Part shown: positions 1-10,716 of the stretch, in pieces | Position numbering within the stretch: position 1 is the first letter of the stretch | Layout: the number at the start of each line of letters is the position of its first letter | Source of the DNA: Zootoca vivipara | Lineage: Eukaryota | NCBI RefSeq assembly: GCF_963506605.1 | Contig: NC_083282.1 | Location: 76,632,001 to 76,696,000 of the forward strand | DNA length: 64,000 nucleotides | Direction of reading: 5' to 3' | Translations under genes and position numbers: made by a program | Notes under the pieces: model-generated | What the model was told of the DNA's origin: nothing | The model's input: only the letters and a program-made list of their open reading frames with translations | The model's database searches: none

Positions 1-232
1 AAAACTAACTGACTTAACTAACTGAGGTTCTGCGCCCCCAACATAAAGCCTGCCCCCCAACAAAAATCCTGGCTGCAGCCATGCTGTGTACAACGTTAAT
101 GCCTCACATCAAACGTTGCTGATTTGTAGAAAAGATTCTATGCCTGAAAATAGAGACAACACATGTCTTTTTGTAACCCAAGAAAATATAGAATGCTCCT
201 TCCTTGCCTGGATGGAGAATAGAAAGGGGCCA

Positions 233-708
233 CAGTGAGGGGGGGGAGTATTTGATAAATTGCTAAATTTGCCCGTTTGCCCTCTGACGAAGAAATGACC
301 AATCCATATTTTTAATGGTAGGTTTATTGTAGCTGTGAGAGACAGAATAACAACAGGAAAACCCCCAGAAAACAAAAGTCAGAGATGGACGTGCATTATA
401 ATGGATGAAATAAGTATTTGATCCCTTTGCAAAAGATGACTTAGTACTTGTTGGCAGTTACAGAGGCCAGACGTCTCTTGTAGGTGGCCACCAGGTTTGC
501 ACACATCCCAGGAGGTATTTTGTCCCACTCCTCTTTGCAGATCCTCTCCAAGTCAGTATGATTTCGAGGCTGATGTGTAGCTACTCGAACCTTCAGCTCC
601 CTCCACAGATTTTCGATGGGATTAAGGTCTGGAGACTGGCTAGGCCACTCCAGGACCTTAATGTGCTTCTTCCTGATCCACTCCTTTGTTGCCTTTCCCC
701 CTTCACTG
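233..708 (-). mobile_element. Internally deleted Tc1 (DD34E, IR/DR-type) DNA transposon
   Basis: Transposase C-terminus [35 protein letters not shown]...; termini CAGTGAGGGGG (233) and CCCCCTTCACTG|TA (708); direct repeat AGTATTTGAT at ~247 and ~413. Confidence 0.92.
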
Positions 709-2334
709 TATGTAAGCATGTGCAGAAACTAGCCTACAATACAAAGGTAAAATTCACCTTCATTGCCTTGCCCACTTTTGTCTCTGGCTCCACCCACCAC
801 TCACACAGGACCCCCAGAAAATTGCCAAGGAGGGAATGAGGTCCTTGGGCTAAAGATGGTTCCCCATTCTGATTTACTGGGTTCTGAGTGTTGGTAACAA
901 ATGCACTTATTTAATAGGGTCGCATGCAGCCTCCCAGTAGCCTCCCTTTAATAAAAATCCCAAACTAGGCTTCTGATAGTCTAAGGAAAGACAGAGGGGG
1001 CCCAAGGCAAGGGAGGGGTATGTGGAATCTGGAAGTGTGCTATGAAGTCCACCTGGCGCCAACATTAATATCCTTTTGGCACCAGGTTAGAACTATCCTC
1101 TTCTCCCAGGCATTTGACAGCGTGTAATATTCTGGTTGCTATATCTTAATTATTGCAGATATGAGCTGCTGATAATATTCTTTCCCTTACTGTTATAATG
1201 ATGTTTTGTACTGTAACAGTTTGCATGCTTTTGAAATCACTGTGAATTGCCCACAGACCATTACTTTTACCTATCAAGCAACTAACAACAGAAGTATTTA
1301 TAAGCTGGTTATTTAAAGGTGCAGTACAATGCAAACACATTTTACCGGAGTGCAACATCTTGTTTGATTTAGAGCACACACAGGCATTTGGATCCAGAGC
1401 AGAGTGTTGTCATACTTGCTTTTGTGGCCTCGAATTAATTTGTCTACATTAAGGCAGCTCCGTAGCTGCACTGATGGCCTTAAAGAGCAATTTCCCAGGA
1501 AAGGCTGCAATGCCTTGATGAAATGGATTTGGAGCCTTCCTTTCAACTCCACTCTTTCTCCATCAGGAAAACAAACCTATTCCTGGAGTAAATCCTATGA
1601 TCATTAATCAGCTGCTGCCATCACCTGGTTAGCGAATAAAAATGAAATTTTTTGCAGGGCATCTCCTCTTTACGCTTGAGCATCCAAGAAGGGGCAGGGG
1701 TTTGAAAGGTTCCTTTTTGGCAGTATCTATTATGTTTGGCAGTGCCTTTTATGTTGATATAACATTTGGCAGGACGTGTTGAATATAAAAGCTGCTCGTT
1801 GATGAATGAATGGACCAAGCCAGGAGGACTATCACTGAATGATGGTACCAAGCCAAGGCTGTGTTGACTATTTAAGAGCTATTCTTTGCTGAATGATTGT
1901 ACTAAGTCGGAGCTATTTTTTGGTTTAAGCAACCAGAAAATAATCCATTGGAAATAAATGTGCTTTTTTCTCTCACTCATTTTTTTTTCTGAAAAGAGCA
2001 ACTGAGTCCTTGGACTCAACTTTACTGCAAAGGGTGTTTCATAAAGCAACAAGTCTATGCAGTGGTGACTTCTGCCAGATCTGCAGAGTCCACCGCATTC
2101 ATTGTATTGATTCTGGTAACAATCTCCCCTTCCTATCCTGGAAGCATTAAGCAGCAATTTGTGGTGCTATTGCAAAGGGACTTTATGCACCTCTCCATTT
2201 TCATAAGATGTGTAAGAAAAACCTCCAAACCATAATTGAGCAATCAAAGAACATCCTCTGACTAATTGCCAGGGAGGTTCATGTTACTAGGTGGCTACAG
2301 AAAATAAGACACAATATCCTTTTCCCTCCTTCCC

Positions 2335-2810
2335 TTTAACATAACTTTATTGAAATTCATAAATAACATACATAATATATATAATATACACACTCTTAAT
2401 TCAACAAAAATGAATTTTTCTTTGGATTCACAAAAATTAAACTTAGTTTAAATTTATACAATCTCTTTTTTCCTATCTTTTTACTAACATAAAACAGACT
2501 TCCTATCATTTCCCGATGTAAACTTTCTTTCTAGTGTTGAATGACCTTACTCTTTCTGTATTTTCTAATACCTTCTTACAACAGTTTGTACTCATTACCT
2601 TATTTCTTAACAATTACTTTAAACAAGAGTCATTCAGATGCTGCCATGGATATTATACCACCATTATATTTCTGTAAATAACTCTTATGCATATCCCATT
2701 TTTTAATAAATGATTGTCTTGTATTGCCTCTCTGTCTGTTGGTCCATTCCGCCATTTCCGCACATTCCTGTAATTTGCCTTGCCCATCTGATAAAGTTGG
2801 ACACGATATC
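2335..2810 (-). mobile_element. L1 LINE 3' end (ORF2 C-terminus + AT-rich 3' UTR)
   Basis: KLQECAEMAEWTNRQRGNTRQSFIKKWDMHKSYLQKY resembles the squamate L1 ORF2 C-terminus; followed by an A-rich tail on the minus strand. Confidence 0.65.
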
Positions 2811-4011
2811 TTATTGAGGGAGCACATTCCTCTGCAGGAAGCTGCCTTCTCAGCTGAGCTTTGCACGAGGTGCCCGGGGGTTGCACTTCTCATGACTGGG
2901 AAGGAAAGATTTGGAGCTTCGGAGGGGCAAGGAAGGGCAAAAGAACATCAGGGCCAGCCTGCCTGTGAGGCAAAATGAGGCAACCATTTTGAATTGGCTT
3001 GGATATGCTGCTCAGGCAAAAATAACTTATCAGGCAAAAGAGGGATAGGATTAGTACAACAGAGGTGCACATGGACCTCATATTTTATATAGTGTCTGTT
3101 GGGCAGGGCTGTGATCCTCTGTAGCGACAGACTGTTTTTGTGCTGCAGGAGGGAGTTAAGAAGAGGAAGACTGGTCACTGTAGGTCATTAAGGGTGCTGA
3201 GAATTGTAGCTCTTTGAGGGGGTAAAGTACAGTTTCTGGGACTCTTGAGGAAATCACATGCTTTAGGTGTATGGTGTGGGTGTATTCTGACCCTAACCCA
3301 TGAGCCAAAGTGGTGCCTGTAGTTTGCACCTAGCTTATGCACCGGTCTTATTCAGTACTCTTGGCTTCTACACCAGCCTAAAAAAATATATGGGTGCACA
3401 GATAGTGAATTCATAGGGCCTGTATCTCTGATGGGTGATGGGTGATACATTCACCATGTTCGCCGTCTTCTTCACTGTCACAGAACAAAATGATTCTGCC
3501 CATGGTGTCTTCTGATAAATGATACATGGTGATTGATGCATCTGGCTGCACTAGATCTCGTTGCTCGTGAAATTAACTGATGGTCATCTCCAAAATATCC
3601 AGTGAGCTGTTTTTTTAGCCACGCATGCAATGACTCAAGTGGCGTCATAAAGAAAAGGTACCTGTCCATCGAGCTACACAGTCAGCTGTTATTCTGGGCT
3701 AAGATACCAGAGTATAGAGAAAGAGCTCTTCCCTCTACAGCAGGGGTGCAGGCCCTTTGACCCTCAAGGGTCCATTGGACTGCAGGTCCCATAATCCCTG
3801 GCAACTTGCAACATTGGCTGTGGGGAACTGGAGTCCAGTGACATCTAGGGGACCTCAGGCTGAAACTGAAAATATATCAATACATGCTGCTGACCAATTG
3901 CTTATTTGAAGCTGCTCGACCTGTGTACACACCACACATTTAAAGCACATCCTCTCCTGCCCCAAAGAATCCTGGGAACTGTAGTTTAGTCCTGAGGGGT
4001 TGATTATTCCC

Positions 4012-4102
4012 AGCACCTTAAAGTCCAACTAAGTTTTTATTTTGGTATGAGCTTTCGTGTGCATGCACACTTCTTCAGACCAACACGGCTACCTACCTGT
4101 AA
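4012..4102. mobile_element. Penelope-like element remnant with hammerhead-like motif, interrupting an older MITE (3931-4011)
   Basis: Shares agcaccttaaag..ccaactaagttt..ggtatgagctttcgtgtgcatgcacacttcttcaga and gaccaacacggctacctacctgtaa with the copies at 24078 and 30400. Confidence 0.75.
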
Positions 4103-4725
4103 CAAGCAATACAAGGACTGTGTTTTTCCACGTGCTGCTCGCTACCAACAGAATAACAATGTCAATGCAGATGTTACCTTATTCTCTTGACATAATGGAG
4201 AGCAGGAAACCAGAATCTGTCACTGTAAGCTTTTCAGGTTTAAAAGGGGGTGGCTGAGGCTCAAATTCTGCTCAGTCACAGAGTTCAGAATAAGCCTGTC
4301 AAAATCAACCTTGCAAAAATTTTGTTAGGGTAAATGAGATATGACATTTAAGGCACTTAGTGAGGTAGTTGTGGCTTCTGTTTTATAGCTTGCTCCTGTA
4401 TCTGATCTTTATTTCTTTCTCTCTCTCTTGAACTGCAGTCCAGGCGGCTCTTGGGCTCCCTCCCTGCACAGGGTTGTTGATCACTTTCTCTATAACGTTC
4501 CGAGTTCATGCAAAGAAACCGCAAATATTGTAGGTTCCCTGTGCCAAAGCTGAAGCAATTAGTTTCTCAGATGTGACAGGCATATTATTAGGGCCATATG
4601 GCACTGAACGTACTTGATACATTCACTAATCAGAAGCAGCGTCTTCTCTCTAGAAATATGTTTGATGTTAATCAGCAGCTGAGAACCACTTGGGCCTGGG
4701 TAACCCCATAGGCTTCAGCGAGATC

Positions 4726-4879
4726 ACCACACATTTAAAGCACATGGCTTCTCCCCAAGGAAGTCTGAGAACTGTAGTTTGTCAAGGATGCTGGAAATTG
4801 CAGCTCTGCAATGGGTGAACTACAATACCCAGGATTCTTTGGGGGGAGGGGCAAGTCATGTGCTTTATATGTATGGTGT
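4726..4879. mobile_element. Old foldback MITE (family also seen at ~3180-3280 and 3931-4011)
   Basis: Terminal inverted repeats caccacacatttaaagcacatg / catgtgctttatatgtatggtg; internal gaactgtagtt / aactacaatac. Confidence 0.6.
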
Positions 4880-5267
4880 CAATGTAGTAGTGACCAGTGA
4901 GGTTGCACAGGTGGGGGAGTGTTGCTCTCCTGGTTTTCCAAGCCAGGGGGGCACTGGTACATAGAAAGAGTGGGGACAAGGCATGGGAAGCTTAACATGG
5001 TTGAAGTGTGTGACAACCCAATGTTCCCACCATCAAACACCACACCAAGCTCCCCGTGCCTGCCCCCTCTCTTCCCTTCTTCCTCCAAGAGAGTTGGGAG
5101 GGATGTGGCATGAGAAAGAGACAATATTTTAAAAAGTCATCACCGTCATAAAAAGCAGCCAGAGAATTCATAGAATAAAGGGTCAGGTGTGGAAGAAATA
5201 CTGTGGTTTGGGGCACGTGCCATGTGCCTTGTGACCAAGCAGGAAATACGGTAGCAGCAATATCAGG

Positions 5268-5349
5268 AAGAAGAAGAAGAAGAAGAAGAAGAAGAAGAAG
5301 AAGAAGAAGAAGAAGAAGAAGAAGAAGAAGAAGAAGAAGAAGAAGAAGA
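5268..5349 (+). repeat. (GAA)n microsatellite
   Basis: About 27 perfect GAA units. Confidence 0.98.
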
Positions 5350-5364
5350 CACTCACATGGGTTG

Positions 5365-5600
5365 GAGCGTGGTCACTTTCTCCCAAATTTCCCACCATTT
5401 TCACTTTATCAATAAGTTCTTCCCGGTTCAACTGAGTTAAGTCCAGGATATTAGGTCCTCATGTTCCTCCCTCCCTGTTGATGCAGTTGCCAACAAGGAA
5501 AGGTCAATAATTAGTTGGATGTTCCATTCTTAGCAGATCTAGATTTCCAGTAGATATCCGGATACCTGAAATTCCCCATTAACTATTAGGACTCACTACT
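5365..5600 (-). mobile_element. CR1 LINE ORF2 endonuclease fragment (degenerate)
   Basis: MGNFRYPDIYWK...ILDL..NREELIDKVKMVGNLGESDH matches the CR1 APE motifs GDFNYPDICW and LDLILTNREEL...LGESDH, with stops and frameshifts. Confidence 0.75.
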
Positions 5601-6235
5601 GTGAAAGATTTGTAATGTGTTTCCAGAAAGCATTATCCAGTAGAGAATGGTGAAAGCAAGGTTATTTGTACCTTTACATTTATTTTTAGTTTTATTTTTA
5701 GTTTTTGCTTTTTGTTTTGTTCATTTACAATAATTGAATTTAAAACTATCCATAGTGGCAATTTTTGAAGTTCATATCCAGAGCTCTGCCTGCACTGTGC
5801 TTCCCTACAGATTCTACATAAAGTTATAAACAAAGAGAAATGTTGACATTCACAGAGGGTAGTTAAGGGACGGGTACCTTGTACTCCAGGCAAAAAACAA
5901 AAATGGGAAAACAACGATAACAAAGCAATTACTGATCTCCTAGGGCAAGGTGAGGAGGGGGATAGGGGAAATATCTATTCTGTTGGAGGACTGGAGCATT
6001 GATCATAGGACACTGCAATCTCCTCATGTTGACTGGGGTGAGAATTATAGACGGGCTTATATAGCAAAGGCTATATTTATCGGCAACTTCTTTCAACAGC
6101 CTGTGGCAGAGGAACAAGGTTGTTGGGTTTTTTTTAAAGGATCTAATATAGACAATGAACAGGTCTGCAGACTTCATCAGCTGACCTTGGAGCATGAGCG
6201 ACAAAGCATACAGGTGCCAGAGCACAGGGTTTCTG

Positions 6236-6303
6236 GAATCATAGAATTGCAGAGTTGGAAGACACCCTGTCTTCTAGTCCAACCTCCTGCAATGCACGAA
6301 TCT
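6236..6303 (-). mobile_element. CR1 3' end fragment
   Basis: gaatcatagaattgcagagttggaag...tctagtccaacctcctgcaatgca is the reverse complement of a CR1 tail ending in ATTCTATG repeats. Confidence 0.7.
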
Positions 6304-6529
6304 CAATGAAGCACTATAGGCAGATTTCGGGGAGCATGACCAGTTCAGTCACATGGGGCACAGAGCCGTGGAGGAACCACAACTATGATGCAGAATGGAA
6401 GGTGAGAGGCGGGGGTGCCAGACTTTGGCATCTCGCAGGGCACTGCTGAAATTTGAGACCTCAAGCTTCGCCACTGAAAGCATCCATGACAGATGACCCC
6501 CCCCAACCTGTGCTTAGAAACCTCCAATG

Positions 6530-6799
6530 AAGGAGGAGGAGGAGGAGGAGGAGGAGGAGGAGGAGCGTTTGGATTTGATATCCCGCTTTATCACTACCCG
6601 GAGTCTCAAAGCGACCAACATTCTCCTTTCCCTTCCTCCCCCACAACAAACACTCTGTGAGGTGAGTGAGGCTGAGAGCCTTCAGAGAAGTGTGACTAGC
6701 CCAAGGTCACCCAGCAGCTGCATGTGGAGGAGAGGAGACATGAATCCGGTTCACCAGATTACAAGTCTACTGCTCTTACACTACACCACACTGGCTCTC
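6530..6799 (-). mobile_element. Squam3-like tRNA-derived SINE with (CCT)n tail
   Basis: Minus strand begins GAGAGCCAGTGTGGTGTAGTG.. with box-B-like ggattcatgtctc and CORE-like gctgggtgaccttgggctagtcac; tail is the AGG run at 6530-6564. Confidence 0.8.
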
Positions 6800-8198
6800 T
6801 CAGTGAAGGAGAGCCCACCACAACATCCCACTGTCAAAGGAAGAAAACAGATCAGAGTCTTAGCTAAACTTCTGTCCCAGATGATCCTCCAGGGTTAAGT
6901 GCATGGCACTCTGCACATGTTCAGTCACTCTGTTTTTAATTATTACTGTGTATTCCAAAATAGGTTCAGGAATGAAGGCACTTTTTAAAAAATCACATAA
7001 ATAACTTTTATACAGTCCCGCCCTCTGCCGCCCCCCCAAAAGCTAACATAATGCTCAGAAGATTGCAAAGTACACAAACCTTGGTTCAAATTAAGTCTTG
7101 CTTGAGGGAACAGTTGATTTAACTCTAAGAGACAAATGCCTTTTGAAATGATTCTTTAAATCGTAAGGCTTTATATTATAAGCCTGTGGGCAGGGCCTGT
7201 TTTATTTTTAATTTTTGTACAGCAGCTAGCAATTTAAGGTGCATTATTATTGCTATTATTCCTTCCAGCCTTGAAAGGGAGAAATTAATGCAGCGTTTAT
7301 GGGTAGAGTGCCACAGCAAAAGAATGGAAATACAATCCTCAGTCAAATTTCAATAAACCATATTTTGAAACCACATATTCAACTCCTTAGTATCTCATCT
7401 CCACCTACTGCTTCTGTGAACTCTTGTGCCCTTCAAAAATAGAGACAAATAAAATTTTCCCGGAATCAACAAGGATAAAGAACACTTTAAAGGTGAGAAA
7501 ATAAACTGAGGAGAAAAATACTATATTCGTGTCAACCAAATTAGATTGCCACAACTTGACAACAAAAGCCTGCTGGGAATCAATAACTAAGAAAGGAGCA
7601 GTATTAAGTGTATACACAGCAAATGGAAAAGATGTTCTGAAAGAAAGTCCTTTGAAAAGAGGCACACTTTAATGGAATGAAAATTTTAAAAGAATGAAAA
7701 CCAGTATTATACACATTCATTCACTGCGACACTGTGCAGGCAAATATCCATGCAGACCTTTTCCCTCCATATTCTGATATAATGAGATTATAATCTCCCT
7801 GAAAAAAGAAGCCTCCATCTACACACATTTCACTCTGTTCAGATTTTATGTTCTGCATTTATCCCCCCTGGTTTCCCTGCTGCCCTCCACACCAACACCC
7901 CACACCCTGACCCTGGTGTTCCTTCTCCATTTCATCCTCCTTGCTTCATCACAGCATTTCCCCTCACCATTTCACAGCATTTTACTTTCCCTCCCTTTCA
8001 GCAGCGTTATCAAACCACTAACTCCCAGAGTGCCGCTCAAGTACTGCAATACATGTGCAGCTGCCTCCTGACAGGCAGGATCCCAGCTTTGTAAGACAGC
8101 GACTTCAGTTTCCACCCAGTAAGCCATGCTGCAAAGGCCAAAGAGAAGCCAGGTGGTGGATCTGGAATGGAAGGCTTGTTTTGGGGAAGGGTGAGATG

Positions 8199-8440
8199 CA
8201 TACCCTCCAACTCCCAGTAAGAAAAATCCGGGATCAGCAGCGGCGATTTCCGGTGCCCAGATATGGGCAGAGCGGCAGCCAAAATCGGTTCTGTGCATGT
8301 CCAGACATGCGCAGAAGGAGTCTCCCTGGCAGGTAGGAAATCTGGGGGATTTACGGGATTTTTCTCTATTTGGGATAACAGCAGGAAACGGGTTTAAATA
8401 CGGGGGTTTCCAGCGAAAAACGTGAGACTTGGCAGCTATG
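8199..8440. mobile_element. Non-autonomous hAT element, CATAGCTGCCAAG-TIR family
   Basis: Ends ...cttggcagctatg; 8-bp TSD gtgagatg / gtgagagg; shares gaaaaatccgggatcagcag with the 30882 copy. Confidence 0.75.
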
Positions 8441-8548
8441 GTGAGAGGAGTGCTCTCCCACCATCAAAATACCTCCTATCCACCCAAAGGAGCATTTCAG
8501 CCAATCAAAAACACTCAACAAAGCAAGAATGAAGACAAGGTGTCCTGA

Positions 8549-8638
8549 CATAGCTGCCAAGTTATCCCTTTTTTAAAGGGATTTTCCCTTATGCTTAATA
8601 GGCTTCCTCGTGAGAAAAGGGAAAACTTGGCAGCTATG
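8549..8638. mobile_element. 90-bp hAT MITE (TIR CATAGCTGCCAAGTT)
   Basis: Perfect TIRs; perfect 8-bp TSD TGTCCTGA (8541-8548, 8639-8646). Confidence 0.9.
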
Positions 8639-9204
8639 TGTCCTGAGCCCCAACAAAGAGGGCTGGAAGGTGGCATTTGGTTCCTGAGCCTGATACTCCC
8701 TATCCGTACTCTAACCCAGTGCCCTTAACAAACAACAATTCCTGGAGGAGCACCATTTTCTGGTTGACTTCAGGCAGCAAAATGCCTAAGGCTGGCCCAG
8801 CCGGGCCCACATGCATTTCAAGACTTCTTCATGTGATGTTCTCTGCATGTGATTATTTGTGTCCATGGTAATCTTGGGGAGAAGACAGCCCATTCCATTC
8901 TTGTTGTTTTTAGCTAGGTAAATCCATGGATGACGTGGAGGTTATCAGCAGAGTTCAGTCAAGCTTGGACCACTATCTAGGCTTTGTAGCCGTATGACTA
9001 GATGGGCTGACTTCTGTGTGCACAGAATGCATCCTTAGATCACCAGCATTATTTAATGTGCATTGTCTAAGTAATCCTCAAAACAACCATGGAAGATAGG
9101 CCTGTATAGTGCTTGACTGTGGCTGAAGTGAGAAACAGGATGCTGAACCAAATGGACCTTTTCTCTGAACAAAGAGGGTCCTCCTTGTGCCCCTGTTTCA
9201 TAAA

Positions 9205-9550
9205 GGGTAAAGGGGACCCCTGACCATTAGGTCCAGTCGTGGACGACTCTGGGGTTGCGGCGCTCATCTCACTTTATTGGCCGAGGGAGTAGGCGTACAG
9301 CTTCCGGGTCATGTGGCCAGCATGACAAAGCCGCTTCTGGCGAACCAGAGCAACACACGGAAACGCCATTTACCTTCCCGCTTGAAGCGGTACCTATTTA
9401 TCTACTTGCACTTTGACGTGCTTTCAAACTGCTAGGTTGGCAGGAGCTGGGACCGAGCAGCTCACCCTGTCGCGGGGATTCGAACTACCGACCTTCCAAT
9501 CGGCAAGCCCTAGGCTCTGTGGTTTAACCCACAGCACCACCCGCATCCCC
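9205..9550 (-). mobile_element. Sauria SINE (Squam1), near full length
   Basis: tRNA-like head, core tgcaagtagataaataggtacc and ACCTTT tail on the minus strand; flanking gtttcata duplication. Confidence 0.92.
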
Positions 9551-10113
9551 CCCCCGTTTCATAGATAAGTCTTTTATACTGTACACTGTGGTGTTCTCTA
9601 GTTGTGATTGTAAGCCTGGAAGGAGAGAGGACTCTACAGTCTCCTAATCATTGTGCAAGGACCCTTCATATTATTAGTGCCATTGCTTCTAAGGGGGTGT
9701 CGTGTGATGAGAGAAGCTGTAGCTGGTGCAATTCCCCCCTTGTAGGTGTTGAAAGTACTGGAACCCTCTTATGCTCTGGGCCTGTCAGTTCTACTCTCTG
9801 ATTTGTAAAGCAATTCTTACAGAAATAGCCAGGGAAAAAAAGTATTCCCCATCTCCCCATATTCCTTTAACTGAGTGAAAAAAGCTGGATTTTGTCCATG
9901 TGGCTGCAGAATGCCAAATTCCAGGGGCTGTGCGCTAATTTGGGAAACTTGACATACACAGATGATTAGCACCATCTTCTGGCCATTCTGGGAGATAAAT
10001 GTTATCACATCCTCTCCAAATCTTTAACAAATACCTTGCCAAAAAAGGGGTAAAAAGTCCCTTTGCCTGAGTATCCACCCTGGCTGGTGTGTTATATTTG
10101 TTATTAATTAAAA

Positions 10114-10475
10114 CCCAGGTGGCACTGTGGGTTAAACCACAGAGTCTAGGGCTTGCTGATCAGAAGGTCAGCGGTTCAAATCCCTGCAACGGGGTGAGCT
10201 CCCGTTCCTCGGTCCCAGCTCCTGCCAACCTAGCAGTTCGAAAGCACATCAAAGTGCAAGTAGATAAATAGGTACCACTCTGGCAGAAAGGTAAATGGCG
10301 TTTCCGTGCGCTGCTCTGGTTCGCCAGAAGCAGCTTTGTCATGCTGGCCACATGACCCGGAAGCTGTCTGCGGACAAACGCCGGCTCCCTCGGCCTATAG
10401 AGCGAGATGAGTGCCACAACCCCAGAGTCGGACACGACTGGACCTGATGGTCAGGGGCCCCTTTACCTTTACCTT
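10114..10475 (+). mobile_element. Sauria SINE
   Basis: ggtggcactgtgggttaaaccacagag...cagttcgaaagcac...ccctttacctttacctt. Confidence 0.92.
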
Positions 10476-10624
10476 TATGTGCCTGCCTCCCAGGGTGCTT
10501 GACAAAACACATTACCAATGGCCAATACCCCCCCAAAAAGTGGTTTTGTAGTAGTATTAATGCCTCCTGATGCCAGTTGCTGGGAGTCACAAGGGGGGGG
10601 GGACTTGTTGTACTCAGCTCCTGC

Positions 10625-10716
10625 TTCCAGGCACCTGGTTGGCCACTGTGAGAACAGGATGCTGGACTAGATGGGCCATTGACCGGATCCTGCAGGCTGT
10701 TCTTATGCACTATGAT
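10625..10716 (+). mobile_element. LINE (CR1-like) 3' tail fragment
   Basis: ctggttggccactgtgagaacaggatgctggactagatgggcc...gttcttatg is a recurrent lizard LINE terminus. Confidence 0.5.

Noticed and set aside
5183-5431. Poly-Phe / poly-Arg ORFs
   Set aside because: Artefacts of the (GAA)n microsatellite next to a CR1 fragment.
6527-6898. Poly-Glu 123-aa ORF
   Set aside because: Antisense read of a Squam3-like SINE and its trinucleotide tail.
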